Assembly: GCA_964035545.1 (NCBI GenBank)
Contig: OZ037769.1
Coordinates: forward strand, 2,666,001 to 2,730,000
Direction of reading: 5' to 3'
DNA length: 64,000 bases
Source of the DNA: Bugula neritina
Taxonomy: Eukaryota > Animalia > Bryozoa
Below, piece by piece: positions 41,626-56,314 of this stretch. The translations under genes and the position numbers were made by a program. Within the stretch, counting starts at the first letter, position 1, and every line of letters starts with the position of its first letter. The notes beneath the pieces are model-generated. The model made no database searches. It had not been told where the DNA came from and saw only the letters and a program-made list of their open reading frames with translations.

Positions 41626-44600
41626 TAGGCTAACTGCTGCAAAATAGAAAAATTCATAATTTCCCACTGTAGTTTTGGAATTTAAAGAAGTTTCCTATTG
41701 TATCAATTTTGTATGCCCAACAAAACTTTCCCCTTACTTCCATATTATGTAACATATGATTTTTTAGCCCACTGTGCGTGGAATTGATTACCTGTTATAT
41801 TTTAGTGTTGTTTTGCTTCAAGAGCATTTCAAAGATGAGCGCAGATAAAATTTACCCCTATTATTTGTTTATTGGTAAAATAAACTAATTTCTACCTGCT
41901 TGTAAGCCTATAGTAAAATTTTCAATGACTATGAGCATGTGCACTGGACTTATATCAAAGTGATAAGTTTTTCAGCAAATTATTTTAACATGCAAAAATA
42001 ATTACCAGTTTAAATGAAATGAGTAAAAAGCCTGAGCGGTAGTTATGTAAGGCTGTTTTAAGCAGAGAACACCCCATTCATTAATGTTACTTATTCACAA
42101 TCAGAGTAATATAAGGTGATTACCAGCTGAAAGTACTAACTGTACTAATATGCTAGGCTGTTAGCTAAATTAGTCATATATAATATGTTTGCACTGTCGC
42201 TTGCAGTATTTATCTATAAAACAGCATTTTTGAATAGATGATTTCATAGTTAGAGTACAAATTTTATGGAAAATAGATTGTGTCGTGTATAAACTCAACA
42301 TATGTTGCATATGATAAGAAAAATTAGGCAATTTACTGAAGGCACTTTTGTATTAAAAATGTATGCTTGGCTAATTATGATATTAGTAGTAATAAATTAT
42401 ATCACATTACAAAGATATCTAGCATTGTAATTAGCCGGTCAAAGGAAAGTTAATAGCTATTTTATATTTAGACTTTTTATGAATAAGATAATATTTTTTG
42501 AAAATTGATCTTCAATATATAGGAATGAGAAAGAGATCTAAATGTAGTTCGAACTTGATACTCCGATGATTAGAAAACAGGCTGTACACATGTGTGCCAA
42601 CCACTGTAAATAACATGACTAATTGTCATTGATCCACGTTCATCGGCACCAATCATGTAGGGTGAAACATCATCACTTAATATTTTCATCAGCCTATATT
42701 ACAGCATAATATTCCATCATTAGTTTGGAGATTGAAAACAGTATGAATATCAGTCATATGTATGGCAGCAAGACCCTGCTGCGGCAGCTTCACACGTGTT
42801 GTTTTCAAACAGCAAAGAAGGAATGCGTACGTAAAGCTAGCAACAGAACCCTAGATCAGTTGTATGTGCATCACAGCCGTGCTTTTGTTTTTCAGTAAAA
42901 CTATGATGTAAGCATCTCTAATATGGAATCGATGAACTTTCAACATACCCCTTGTAACAGTTTCTTAGCATCAATCAGGACTTGTTCAGAACAAAGTCAG
43001 GCATATATGCTTTGTTTACAAACTCTCATCCGCCATTATTATTTCATTAGTAATTAAGTAAAAATAAATGCAATTAAGTTATAATAATGTCAGTATCATA
43101 GGTTGCTATGTAAGAGATAAACGTGAAGTCGTACCAGTCATTACGCTGACTTACAGCGTCAGCGGAGACTGCTTTATTGAATAACTGGCATTACGTAGTA
43201 AAAGTCTATTCAAATTACTCATATCTCGGGAGACTGTGTTAATTAATTAATGTTTTGTAAACATATTTGAAGCCATTAACCAAATACTGAGCTAATTAGT
43301 ACAATCACAATATTGTAATAATTTAATCAAATTAAGTTCGAAGTCAGTTAGTGAAGATTAGCACAGGGGAAAAATTTCTCCTTGATTTAGGGTTCAAAAT
43401 ACGTTTATAAAAAGTTTTAAAAATACAATTTTCAAGTAAAGCATATAAAATTACGTTTGCACCTAAATGATGAGATTAGCATCTGTTGAAATGGTTAAGA
43501 AACGAATCATATATATGCCTTGACTTAAAGTCTAGGGGTATTGAATTTCAATATAGCACCACTGGTAACTATGAAGGTGCCACCTATCTAGGGGTAAAAC
43601 AAATATAGTAAGGGAAGTGGAACCAGCCTGTCTTTCGTCTACACCTTTCTCTGTGTTTCTCTAATCAAGTGGAAAAAGTTGGGGCCATAAATTATGTAAT
43701 AACTCTTTGAATAACACGAGCCTTCATGAATTTTCTACGCCTACCTTGCTATCAACATAGTGGGCGGCTAACCATGGCAGCCTCTATATTGGCAGCAGAG
43801 CTTCATGTAACTGTAGGTGACTAAATAATTTGTTCACTGAATTAAGGCTTGGCGCACCGTGGAGTAGAGTAAATATGACAAAAATAGAAACAACTTTAAT
43901 CGGAGTTTGCGAAGATTTTTTGTATAAAAATTGTATGTTATACCCTTCACAAAGAGCTCTTGTGACACTTCTATCAGCCTACTTTCTGGCAACTCAAGTT
44001 TGAACTAGAAACTTGAAAATAATAAATTGTAATATATATGCTAGTGTATGTATGTAGATTTATATGTCTTATAGATGAATAGATAGAAATCCTTATAGCA
44101 AAATAAGTCATTATATGCAAAATAAAATTTTATATACATGAAAGAAGACAATAAGCAGAAAAAATATATACTTAGATTAAAACATTACACATAAGTATAT
44201 TCAATTACTCTATTTTATATTAAATATAAAAGTTCATAATAATTTTGTAGTCCATAACTGAAATATGGGCAGGGAATTAGTATTTACTCTTCACTATTCA
44301 CACAATAGTATTTTCATGCAACGTGTTGACATATGGAGCAAGAAACTTGATTAAATCATAATTAGTACCAGGAAAATTTTCTCTAATGAGACGTATTGTT
44401 TATTTGTTATGACATTTGCAAAGTAATGGTGAAGAAATGACCCATGACAATGCAAAAAATATTTATTCATCAAAAATTTATGTTTTTCTGTGTAGAAGAT
44501 GACAGTTTATTTAGCTGTACTTGGCAGTTCAAGGAAGTACTTAGTATGAATGGAAGAGCAACAGAAAAGCCACTGCGAAGAATATAATATACTTGTACTA

Positions 44601-47600
44601 AACAATATACTATTATATTAAAATATTTCTAGACTAAATCCCTTTGCCTAGCAAAACCCAGACCAATCACAGATGTGGTAAATACCTGTTTACGTAGAAT
44701 ATTCCTCTCTTTGCAGACGTTGGTTGTACCAATTGACCGGCTCTGTCTGTTTCCTTAGTTGGATTAGCCAATAGCCTTTCTTATTAGAGTTGGTACAACA
44801 CCCAACATATCCTGCACCTAGCTTCTCCTCTTTCACCATATTTTATAAATAAATTATCAATAAACAGTGTTTAACGATGCAATGCTGGTTGTTATCCTGG
44901 CAACAGAGTATGCTTCATTCAAACATCTGATCGGATAAGAAATAAGGACATAACACTTCATAAATCAGCAGGTCATTATTTCACTAAAACCCCTGGAAAA
45001 CTAAAACTAATGACTTCTGCTATAAAAGTAATATAGTGTCAAAGCTTATCCGTTATGTAAGCCGTGTCTTTTTAGAAAAAAAGCCATCTACATAATAAAT
45101 TACAGCTTTGAGCGTAATACAAAATACAATTTGTATAATCGTCAAAATGTAGTTTTTATATTAGAGCTTGGCAAAAGGAGAATGCTACTTTGGCAAAGTT
45201 AAATCTTCGCCGTTTGAGTAGGTGGATGAAGTAGGAGTTGAAGAGGTAATCAAGGTGCAGTGTGAACCTGGCCTGGGACTTTTTACACAAGTCGTATCAT
45301 AGCTAGTAAAAACAACGCAAGGAGTTTGCAGAGTGCTTATGTTTTGTCTTTCACAGTTTCCCATAAACAAGCTTTGTTACTTTTAGCGACAGTAGCTGCC
45401 CGGACACAATGAACAATGGACTAATGATTTGTTATGGCTCTGATCGTAGCTATAAATTTTCCGGGTGACTGATAACACAATCTTTGCTAAAGACAATCCC
45501 ATATTCAACTCCTAACTGACTGTAAAATCAACCATTAGTTGCATCTTATTTGAAAAAATATTGCATTCAAAGAAATTAATCTATTGATATCCATTCAAGC
45601 CTGCTCATTATTCAGGTTGACAATAAAAGCAGTTTTAAATTCAGAGTAGATGAAAAGCTTACTAGAGAAGTGAGCAATTTAAAATAAAGAATTTTACCTC
45701 TATATGTAGAGAGTATGTGATGAAGTGAGCATGTGCTAACCTAGCTATGCTTCTGTCACGAATTTTCAGGGTTTTTGTTTTACCTACACACATATCATTT
45801 GCAAAACAAATAATGATTTATTGTGAAAATTCCTTTTCCCTAAAAGGAAGTATACTGATGTTTTATTAATTTGACAATCAGCTTTTATTTCATATCTGTT
45901 GAAAGACTGAAACTTCACTGTATTGTTTTTAGTATGAAAAACATTGTCTGATGAGGTGTTGGATGCCCTCACTCCCTGCCCTTAGTTCTAGAGCTCTTAA
46001 AGTTAACTCCTAGGTTTTAATCTCCTAGAGCTCCTAAAGCTAGCTCCTAGTTCTAAAGCTTTGTTAAGTATTGTACATCCATCAAATAACAATTTGTCAT
46101 CAGGCTACTAGTAAACAGTATCATAATAGGGCTTTTAGAACATAATTTACTAATATGTCAACAACTTTATTGTAAATTGATAATCTGTATTTTAGCTTTT
46201 CATGATAAGAGAGAGAATTATGCATACTTTTGGGCTCAGCTTAATCTGCCAAGGCTAAGATTTATTATCTGAAATTATCTTTTTTTCAAAATATGCATCC
46301 CAAAAGCACATTAAATACCACAAATGCAGTATACAAAAAAATATGTAGACAACTTAAAGTGGCAGAGATGTTTTTACTGTTTACTTCCAGCTTAATAGAA
46401 AAATCCTGCTTTCCAGTTTAAATCGTCTGCGGTATTTTGCAAAGGAGCTTTTTGTCAATGGTTAGAATCAATCTTCAATTTCAATAGCATTGGCAGCCTA
46501 CACCATAGATCAATACATATTATATGTACTTATATATTATGCATATCTGGCATACCTGGGGCTTTGAACTAAGTCTCTTGACACGTGAGTGGAACAAAAG
46601 ATCAGCAGCAAGTATGCGGAGGCCAACAATTTCATAATGAGTTCATAAAAGAAATATGTAACATGCATGCTCAAGATATAACCTAATGAGTCATCAAATA
46701 GAAAGTTAATCGGTTTTTCATGGATTTCCTCAAATGTTTGGTTAAAGTCATACCTTTGGAAAAGGCACTTTTAAGCACCCAGACTTTGATTTTAGTGGCT
46801 GTGATTCTACAGCACCAACTGGTTTGAAGGTTGGCTCATAATAGTTCAGTCTATAGACGCACCACTGCCTTTCTTTACGAGTTAGTGTCAATTCGTATCG
46901 TTCAAAAGAAAAGTTGTAAATTACAACCTGAAGAACAGTTTAAGGTTCAACACTTTATAAAATTGTAGAATGATGGAGTTTAGCTTATCAAAGTAAAACT
47001 GAACTCTATAATACTTGGCATAAGTTTCTATACTGAACAATTTAAAGGTAGGGAGAAGTTCTGGCCTACACCCTTTTTTTGTTATATATAGCAAGGGGTC
47101 TCAATTATTGTCACGGTTTTCTTTCTCTTGTGTAGAAGCTATCATCACCCAAATGCAACATACCGCCATCATTGGATAAGCTTTCCAAACGTAGAAATAA
47201 AACAAATGACATTGAATACTCGCATGAGCAAAGAGGAACTGATTTTTATAGCATCTCTAGGCTAATTGAACAAAAACTTTATCTACAGTAGTTAAACTAA
47301 CACAACAAATTTGCTTTAACAACAAATTAATTTTTATAACTAATCAATCAAATAAAACTAATAGTGTCTTATGTTTTGCTGATATATAAATATAGTAATC
47401 ATTATTAATATTTATTAAATATGACCTGTAAATCAGTAAACAAGTTGATTGCTGGTTGAAGTGTGGTCTGCTTTGTCAATATTTATCACTCTGAGTCAAA
47501 TTATATGGACTTTAAAAGCTCAGCCTCTGCTAATGGCTCTTGTTTAGCCAAAATAAGAAAATAAATTATTGATTCCATCTTGTGATTATCATCTTATGAC

Positions 47601-47607
47601 CACAGCA

Positions 47608-47785
47608 TAGTAACTACTACCTAGTAACCATTATATAGTGACTCTCACCCAGTGACTCTCACTCAGTGACTTCTATATAGTGATTACCACCTACTGACTC
47701 TCACTCAGTGACTCTCATCTAGTGACTCCCACCTAGTGACTCCCACCTTGTAACCATTTGATAGTGAATCTCATTTGGTGACTAC
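47608..47785. repeat. Degenerate 14-15-bp tandem repeat (TAGTGACTCTCACC-like)
   Basis: About 12 imperfect copies of a GTGACT core. Confidence 0.85.
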
Positions 47786-49505
47786 CAAACAGAGATATCG
47801 TGTGAGGCTGTATGATCTATAAGACCGCTAAGGCTAAGAATGATCTACTGTGCAATATATTAATAGACTAAGTTCAATGGAGAAAATATACGCAAATACA
47901 TACACAACGCACACAGATGAGTTATATGTTATATTACAAGCAGGAAGTCTGTTGAATTTACTAATTATTTTAGGAAATTGTTATTTGACAAGCACACATA
48001 TAATAAGTCTGGGTGTGACGTACCACCTTGATCTGAGGTATTGTGAGCAACTTATTAATTGGCCTAATGTTGCACCAGTATAGACCCAAGGCGTACCTTA
48101 AAAGGGAAATGCAAAAACTTTTTTAGTGCTATTCGAATTAATTTTGAGCATAGTGACCTACAAAGTGAAGAAGTTACAGAATACTATCAAGATAAAAGTC
48201 CCTGTTGCGTTTGCTTTTTATTATAAATGTCAACAAACTTTGGTATAGAAGTCATTGACATGCATCATACTATAGAATTCATGCTGGGAGAAGCACCTAT
48301 GATCATGGCATTTAGTGATCCAGAGTGAAAACGTGTTCTACAGAAAAAGGGCAAATATATGTCATGTTATGATATTTGACCATATATTAGGTCTTGCAGA
48401 GATGCGTTCTAAATTTACCACAGTGTGCACACTTGGTCATCTGCTTCTGAAAAAATACACACTAATGCTTATAGAGCTACATAAAAATGCAATAGTTTTT
48501 AAAATTTCGGGCTTTTTGAGTTTTATATATACTCAGTTGGAACTACTTTACAGTAAAATACTCACAGTCCTGTGATAGGGTATACACTAGTAGTAAATGG
48601 TAGTAACTAGCAAGTATTAAATATGCATTTGAAGACGGGGAATATTTCAACTTCTCTCTGACCAATTAATGTTATTATTTTTGTTGCAGTACAGGGCAAT
48701 GCAGCTATAAACCTTTTGTATTTGCCGCAAGCCGCTGGTGAAGAACCGATGAGCAAGAGAAAACTCCTGTGATATATTGAAAAGAATTCCAACAAACTGA
48801 TACCAACAAAGTTAAAGAAAAGCAACAATTTCATAGTGTCACCATAATATTGCAATAAACACAATTAATCGGGCATGATACGGCTGATGAAACGTGTTGA
48901 TAACAAGTTTGATACCGTACAAAGGCACTGCTGAAAAATGTGAAAAATTTTAATATTTGGTATTTTGGAGCCGCAGATTCTGGAGGTCATGGTAACTAAT
49001 GATTCGCAACTGAATGCTAGATACACAGCAACTCAGCTATCCTTGCTATGTTAGGCATGCAGACATAAAACTTCTAAAAATAGATTATATCTTTTGCAGG
49101 TTCATTAATTGGCTTTTATTCTAGCAAAGTGGAATTGGGGCTAAAATCATATAGGCACCAACAGGAAACTCTTGTTGAACCACTTAAGTCTTGATATCAT
49201 CATTCTATAGCCATGCTGCAAAGGGGAAAGCTGTATCGAGTCCAAAACCATAGCAAAAACTAGCCTTAGCTTTCCATGAGCAGATCAATTTAACTTTTAG
49301 CTATTTTGACCTTAGTTATATATGTTCTACAGATAATAATTGGCCTTTACTTAGCTGAGTTTTTGCTTAAGTTTGGCACTTTAGATTGGAGATGTTTACC
49401 TTACTGCACTACAAACAGGCGACTTTCCTGACAGCAGATATATACTGAAGCTAACTTTGCTGATGTCCTAACGGTAATATTTCTTAACATATTTCTAGGG
49501 CTACA

Positions 49506-49534
49506 CGCTCTCTTCTGAGAGCGGTGTGTGCTAG
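49506..49534 (+). mobile_element. Helitron-like 3' terminus
   Basis: Hairpin CGCTCTC-TTCT-GAGAGCG (49506-49523), a 7-nt spacer, CTAG (49531-49534), then T. Confidence 0.5.
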
Positions 49535-52007
49535 TATATGAACTAAGCCTATAATCCTGCTCCCTAAGTGTTCCTTTTTATTATAAGCTTATTGCACTTT
49601 GTTAGTATTGATGAGAGTATAAAAATAGTTGCCAACCAGCGAAACAAATGTCAGTGGTTAAATCTCCGCAGCTCCTGTGGTGCAATAACATCTTCCATAA
49701 AGATAGCTAACCAAGTTTGTTCCAACAATAGCAAGAAATCAATTGCTAGTACTATTGAGATTTTTTTAAGGTATTCAGTGTATGAATATTAATTTATATG
49801 CGTAGATTTAATTGTTATATGTCAATTATATAATCTAAATGCGTATATAACGATGAGTTTCTTAGGATGAAAGATAATGGGAAGAAGGGAAGGAATTTGG
49901 TTTTTTCGTAAGGCTGATTTAAGATGTAGGTCACATTGAGAAGCAAGTAATTGCGACACTGAAATTTAGTCGATGTAAACCTAAACAGACGATTGTCAAC
50001 TTGTCAAAAACTGCAACAATCTGAATAAGGTAGAATGACCTCCATCCTCTACACGCAATGTCAATTTGTTCGTATAACAGCACGGGGCAGGAGATCATTA
50101 ATTCTATGGTATAGAGAATACATATTATTATATATTGATAAGGAAGTCCTTGATCCCTGTCTAAAAAATTAAGGAAAAGTCAGTTCATTATGTATTCAGG
50201 GTGATCAGCACAATCACGTCTATAAATGATATCACCGAGTTTAACCTCTTTAACAACTAATAATACATCATGTGACTGCATAGCCAACCTGGATGGCAAA
50301 TGGCACTTGATTGTATATTTCACCATATATTTTAGGTGTCGTATTTCATTGCATTGTTGTTTTAAATGATATTGCACAATTTTATACTCATAAATTATAT
50401 TACATAATAGGTGCACAGTCAAGTCAAGTTCTCTACAGCCAACAGCACAAGTAATCTGCATAGATTATACATTTCTTGCTCATGTTTTGCTCTCTAATAG
50501 TAATTTGAGCACATTGTGAGCTATCAGTTATTACAGGGACTAAAAAGTAAACACTGTATAGTTTGTCTCCTGTCTTTTTATGAAATTAAAATAAAAAAAT
50601 TATGCAGATTAACAAACTTTTCAAAGTTTGGCTTACAACCTATAACTAACTATTGCTGCATTGTCAGAGAAAGTTGCAATTAGAAGAGATAATATTGCAC
50701 ATGCTATTTTTATCACAATGAGAATTTATAGCATAGGGGTTGATAAATCTTAAAGCAAGTAAAAGAAAATATTTGTTAGCATTATCAATTTCAGATGCAT
50801 CACTGCCCACGCTATTATTTGGGAAAACATGGACTCTCATGTCAATATAATACCTATTTATTCTAACTCTCACACAAGTTTATAGCCACTATACCTGTGA
50901 GAACCCATATGTGATGAAAAGTGGTTTTTGTAAAGTTGGGGACTTATTCATATGTGGCACAGGAGCAATATATTCTAAATCATGTTAAACTATAGGTTAA
51001 ACCTGGTAATTTCCAAGAGGTTACATATGAAAGATGGTGAATGAAGTTGAAGCTAATCTACTTGAGTTTAGGTTCTAAACTTTAGAACATCCAAGTTTTG
51101 TTCCATGTGATTTATAAGTCGAGTTTATGGTAAAAAAAGCTAATTCAACTACAAAGCATTAGGAAGCATTAAACAGCTAACAACTGTTGCAGGTAAGTGG
51201 ATGTACTTAGACATGCCACCTAAATATTTCCTTTTTTACCAGATAAAAAAACATTTTTATGCCAGAAATGTTAACTTATGAGTTTAACTGCTAATTAAAA
51301 AACCCAGCAAAATTATCGCTGTATAAAGCAAGTCATAGTTGAAGTACACAAAAGATTTGTTCTAGGGAATTCAGCTTGCATGAAGTTGTTGCTAATTTTG
51401 TGAGTTTATCACCTTGTATGGCTTTCCTTCCCTGGAGATACACATAGGGAAATATCAAGTTCACTTGTGTATTACTAAATCACTCACAGTATTGCAACAT
51501 ACTGAACAGTAGGAATAAAGGCATCTCTTTTAGTGCAAAGCAGAAAATGCGGGCATATTTAGCAGATGAATAGAAGGCTATGCTTGTCACATGCTAAATA
51601 TACTGTATGTATACTGTATAGCGTGAGGAAGTGACACACACTGGGGTATGAGGGTATATGTATATTCACCACAGATCTACGCTGTGCCAAGAAGTAACGA
51701 TACAGCTCAAAGGAAAGTTGACTTGATCAGCATAATTATGAGTAAAACAGGGTTGAGTTGATGACTCATGTTGTGTGAAGAGAGGGAGGAGCTAGCTCAA
51801 CCATATTATGGTGGTACAGTGACATCATGTTAACTAATTATGTGGCTTTAGACACATGGGAAGATATTCTAGTACATGAAATGTATATAATTATTATCCT
51901 AAGAAGTAATCTTTAGTGTCTATACATAACATTTTAGTGAAATAGGCACACAGATATTTTTGATTTTGATTTCTTACATATTTGACAGCATTACTAAAGC
52001 ATTAGCA

Positions 52008-52417
52008 AAGAGTATAGAGTATAAAGTATAGAGTATAGAGTATAGAGTATAGAGTATAGAGTATAGAGTATAGAGTATAGAGTATAGAGTATAGAGTATA
52101 GAGTATAGAGTATAGCTCATAGAGCATAGAGCATAGAGTATAGAATGTAAAGTGCAAAGTATAGAGTATAGCTCATAGAGCATAGAGCATAGAGTATAGA
52201 GTATAGCTCATAGAGCATAGAGCATAGAGTATAGAGTATAGAGTATAGAGTATAGGGTATAGAGTATAGAGTATAGCTCATAGAGCATAGAGTATAGAGT
52301 ATAGAGTATAGCTCATAGAGTATAGAGTATAGCTCATAGAGTATAGAGTATAAAGTATAGAATGTAGAGTACAAAGTATAGAGTATAGACTATATAGTAT
52401 AGACTATATAGTATAGA
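52008..52417. repeat. 7-bp satellite (AGAGTAT)n with AGAGCAT/AGCTCAT variants
   Basis: About 58 tandem heptamers. They explain ORFs 51974..52183 and 52117..52374. Confidence 0.97.
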
Positions 52418-52680
52418 AAATATTATGATAAATGGTTGAGAAAGCACCTGCATCTTTTGTTAACTTTTCACCATGGAATTACTACTGGCTGCTACTGCAA
52501 ATTCTTTGATTGTAGAAATATAAAGACTGAATTTACAGTGATGACCGTAACTATTTTAAAATGCTTGTATTTGTATAGTTCCACATCACAAGTATGCATA
52601 AATCTTTGGTAACACCATAGTATAGAATGTGCCTGTGGCAAAGTTCATGAGGAAACATATTATGTTCTCAGGTGGATAAA

Positions 52681-52740
52681 CACAGACAGACAGAGACAGA
52701 CACACAGACAGACAGAGACAGACACACAGACAGACAGAGA
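52681..52740. repeat. ACAG/AC/AG compound microsatellite (22-bp higher-order unit)
   Basis: CACAGACAGACAGAGACAGACA, about 2.7 copies. Confidence 0.85.
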
Positions 52741-53050
52741 GGAAGACAGCATTGCTGACTTGCTACAATATGGCTGCTTACAATAAATTATTAGCAATAA
52801 AGATGCCAACACTAATGGTGTATGTATGGTCTAATAGTTTATAGCTATATAAAATGGACAAATGACAGAATAAGTTAGTAAATAACAGTCTAGTTGATAT
52901 ATTTTACAGAAGATATCTAATTGATATATTTTGGATGGGTTTTAGTTAATTTGGTCACAGAAAGTCTTCATTTGATGATGGCAAGTTGGTAGGTAATTTG
53001 TGTGACATGTGTTGCAGGTTGTTGCAGGTGATGACTATACACTGCAGGTC

Positions 53051-56000
53051 TCAAAGTGTCAGTCTAACAGAAGATAACTTGATCTCTTCAAGTAGTAGCT
53101 CTTCAGGGTCCAACACTCCATCACCTGTAGAGAAGTACAGAAAATGTGTAATGCAACATACATAAGTATTTGGTGAAACCCTTTCCAAGTGGAGATAACG
53201 TTGATGCTGTTGATTAATAACCATGGACAAATGAATACAGGCAGAAAATATGAAGATGGGTAGATGCCAAGTTGGTACGGATGTAGATATCAAATGCATG
53301 GTATGTAAGGCAGATTTCAAAAGTCTGACAAAAACTAAATCAAGAAGATTAGTGGTTCAAATTTACATACTTACTGCATGCTATAATGCAATGTTAGTGC
53401 TCATACATGCAATGTGTTGAAGAAACCTTCATGTATGGAAATTAGAACTTAAAATTACTAACTTGTTACCAATAATAAACAAAATCATTAGTTTAAAATA
53501 GATACTATATGCTAAAATTATTTCAATTACCATACTGTAATTGGTTTGTAACTTATTTAAACAATTTCCCTTAAAAATCATAGAAACTCATTACAATAAT
53601 TTTTACTTCTTATGGCAGTGAAGTAATTATTAATCACATAGCATTATACAAGAATGCAATTAGTCTGGCTAAAAGGAAGACAGACTGAGATGGTAACTTA
53701 GTGCAATTAGCATAACAATACGTTGAGTCAAAATTAAATTAAAGTTTGATTCAGCAACAGTTTTACAGAGCGAGCAATCTGATGCATTTAAATCCCAGAT
53801 CGGTGGTTAGAGATAAACCACACTGTGTGCTGATTCATTATGGGAAAAGGGAGTAGACAGGTTTATACTGTAACATGACTCATGTGCGCTACGTAAGAGT
53901 GACAAATACACCTAACATAATCTTAATAAATAGTGTAAAATCCTAAGTAATTAACTAAATTTTCTAGCATTAGAAAGGATCAATAAAGTTATTATTTAGG
54001 AAAAAAATATATTCTTTCTTATTCCAAGAGTGTGGCTGCATGTGCAAAAAGATTACATCATATTTTACCTAAACTGTGGTTGATTTCATATAATATGTCT
54101 TGGTTGTTAAATGCATAGTAAATCTAAGCTAACTATGTGTATGTGGTTAGGATTTGCATAGTTTCCAAATAACTAATTGTGTTGCTCAACTTTAAAACAA
54201 TGAACATACTCTAGCTACAGTCTGCACACATTTTAAGTACATTACAAAAATGGTAAATGGGCAGACAACTCATTGGAAAATCTGGTTTGAAGCTGTACTT
54301 TAGTAGAGTTTAAAATAGTATTACGAAGAAAGTAGAGTACAAAATGGGAAGACAACTGCTGCATGATTACAATAGCAGATGTAGAAGCTGATGGTCCTAA
54401 TCTGCCATGGCAAGAAATAAATGAAAATAATATAAGTACTAACTCCAGAAACAAGAGAAGACAAATACCATCTCCAGAAATCAAAAGAAAATGACTGCAA
54501 CTTGAAACAAATGCAATTTCAATTAATCCATGTTAGCACAATGCCATTCTACTACTTTGTAATCAATAATATTTGAAAAGTCCCTCTTGATTCCAACTTT
54601 ACAGCTTAGTGCATAGAACTATGTATTTGAGTAAATTGCCCAAGATAAATAAACTTGAGAAATATAGACTCTATAGAACTAATAGTACCACTGAGGGTCT
54701 TAAGCTAATGTTTAAAAAACATGTTATACCATTAAGATCCCAGTCCATGAAAACCAAGTCAGCATTCTGGTTTATGTCCGTTAATTGACGAAATGCTTCT
54801 AGGGTTATCTGCTCTTTGGCAGACAACTCCAATTGTTTCACCAGTACCAGTGGTGATTCCAACTTTGTGATCTCCGCAGAGTCTTGTTCAACTTCTTGAG
54901 GGACATTAACTTGGTAAACTGCATCTGATCTTTATTATAAAACATTAACAGAAATATATTAATATAATCATAATATAATATATGATTATATTATTGTGGC
55001 TGTAATATATTATATACTATATAAGTATGTTACAGTGATATAATATATATTGCTAGAATTATAAATGTATATATTACAACTATATAAAATATATACAATC
55101 ATATATAATTATCTTATGGCCATGTTTTGTATATTATCAGGCAGAAACCTACAAAATACACTCAAGGATCAAATAAAATGAATTTATATTTAAAAATTTT
55201 AAACCTAAACGTAAACCCTTGCTAATGTTGCATATGGTGAGTAAATTTGAAACCTGAGTGAAAATTTCCAAGTTTTAGGTTTGAAAAACAAATAGTGATA
55301 TAGTTGAAAAATGTTATTTATATTAATCATTTAACTTTGCAGAAATAAATCTAACACTATTCAAAATTAACTACAATCTAGCAATGTGCTGCTTCAATAT
55401 ACAAAATACTTACTTGTAAAGCAAAATTGTTTTGTTATCAAAAACTTGAATATCTTCGTTTTGAGAGAGAAAATCCTTTAGGCTGATGGAACCTGGTGAC
55501 TTCAAAGCATTTCTAAATTGTATTCAATAAAAGTGGATATGAAGCATGGAATTTATGTGTCCTTGTAATGAAAGATTTGATGAAGCAATAGAGAAATTTC
55601 AACTGCCGCAGCTTTTTGACAGTATGATCATTTTTGTTACACTTTTTATCTACAACAATGGCCTAAATTATCAATTTCTCCATTTCTACACATTGTAGTG
55701 TTTAACTATATTTGAAGCATGTTAGAAGGTCTTAATCTGAACTTATGAATAAGAAGTCTGCAACAAAATTTTCATAATAGAAATCAAATATATTACTCAT
55801 CAAGTAGAATAACTTGAGGATCATCAACAATTTAAAAGAGCTACATACAAATAAACAGTTTATAAATAGAAATTAACTTGCTGGGTAATAACTGCAAACT
55901 TACAAACTATAAAACATGCTCCGATTGCAACCAGTACAATAGATATATAAATACTGTTTTTATTGCATCCAGTCATTATTTTAATTAATAAAAACGCTAA

Positions 56001-56314
56001 AAAAACTTTATCCGAATAATATTCCACTAGTCTTTGTTGATGCTTTAGCTGTATGCGCAGCCCAACTTCATTATGGATTTATGGGTTTGACAATTTATTA
56101 TAACAAACCCCCTAAATTAGCAATGTCATTGTTAAATTCAACGCTGAATACTTTATAACAAATTATTTTGGTTTAAAAAACACCAAAAAATAAGTCACAC
56201 AACTTCTGCATAAATCTGAACTTACTTGACAGGTGTTCTGCTGGTAACTGGGGCACCACAGCCTTGCCACACTAAAACATGCAGAATCATGCAAAGATTA
56301 AGCAAACAGCCCAT
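53051..56314 (-). CDS. Small secreted EF-hand protein, 120 aa
   Basis: Exons (-): 56314-56226, 54929-54730, 53124-53051 (363 nt, phases 2 and 1). Signal-peptide-like MGCLLNLCMILHVLVWQGCG|AP. The EF-hand loop DLNGDGVLDPEE is created across the exon 2/3 junction. Confidence 0.8.

Noticed and set aside
51974-52374. LYSILYT-repeat ORFs
   Set aside because: Translations of the 7-bp satellite.
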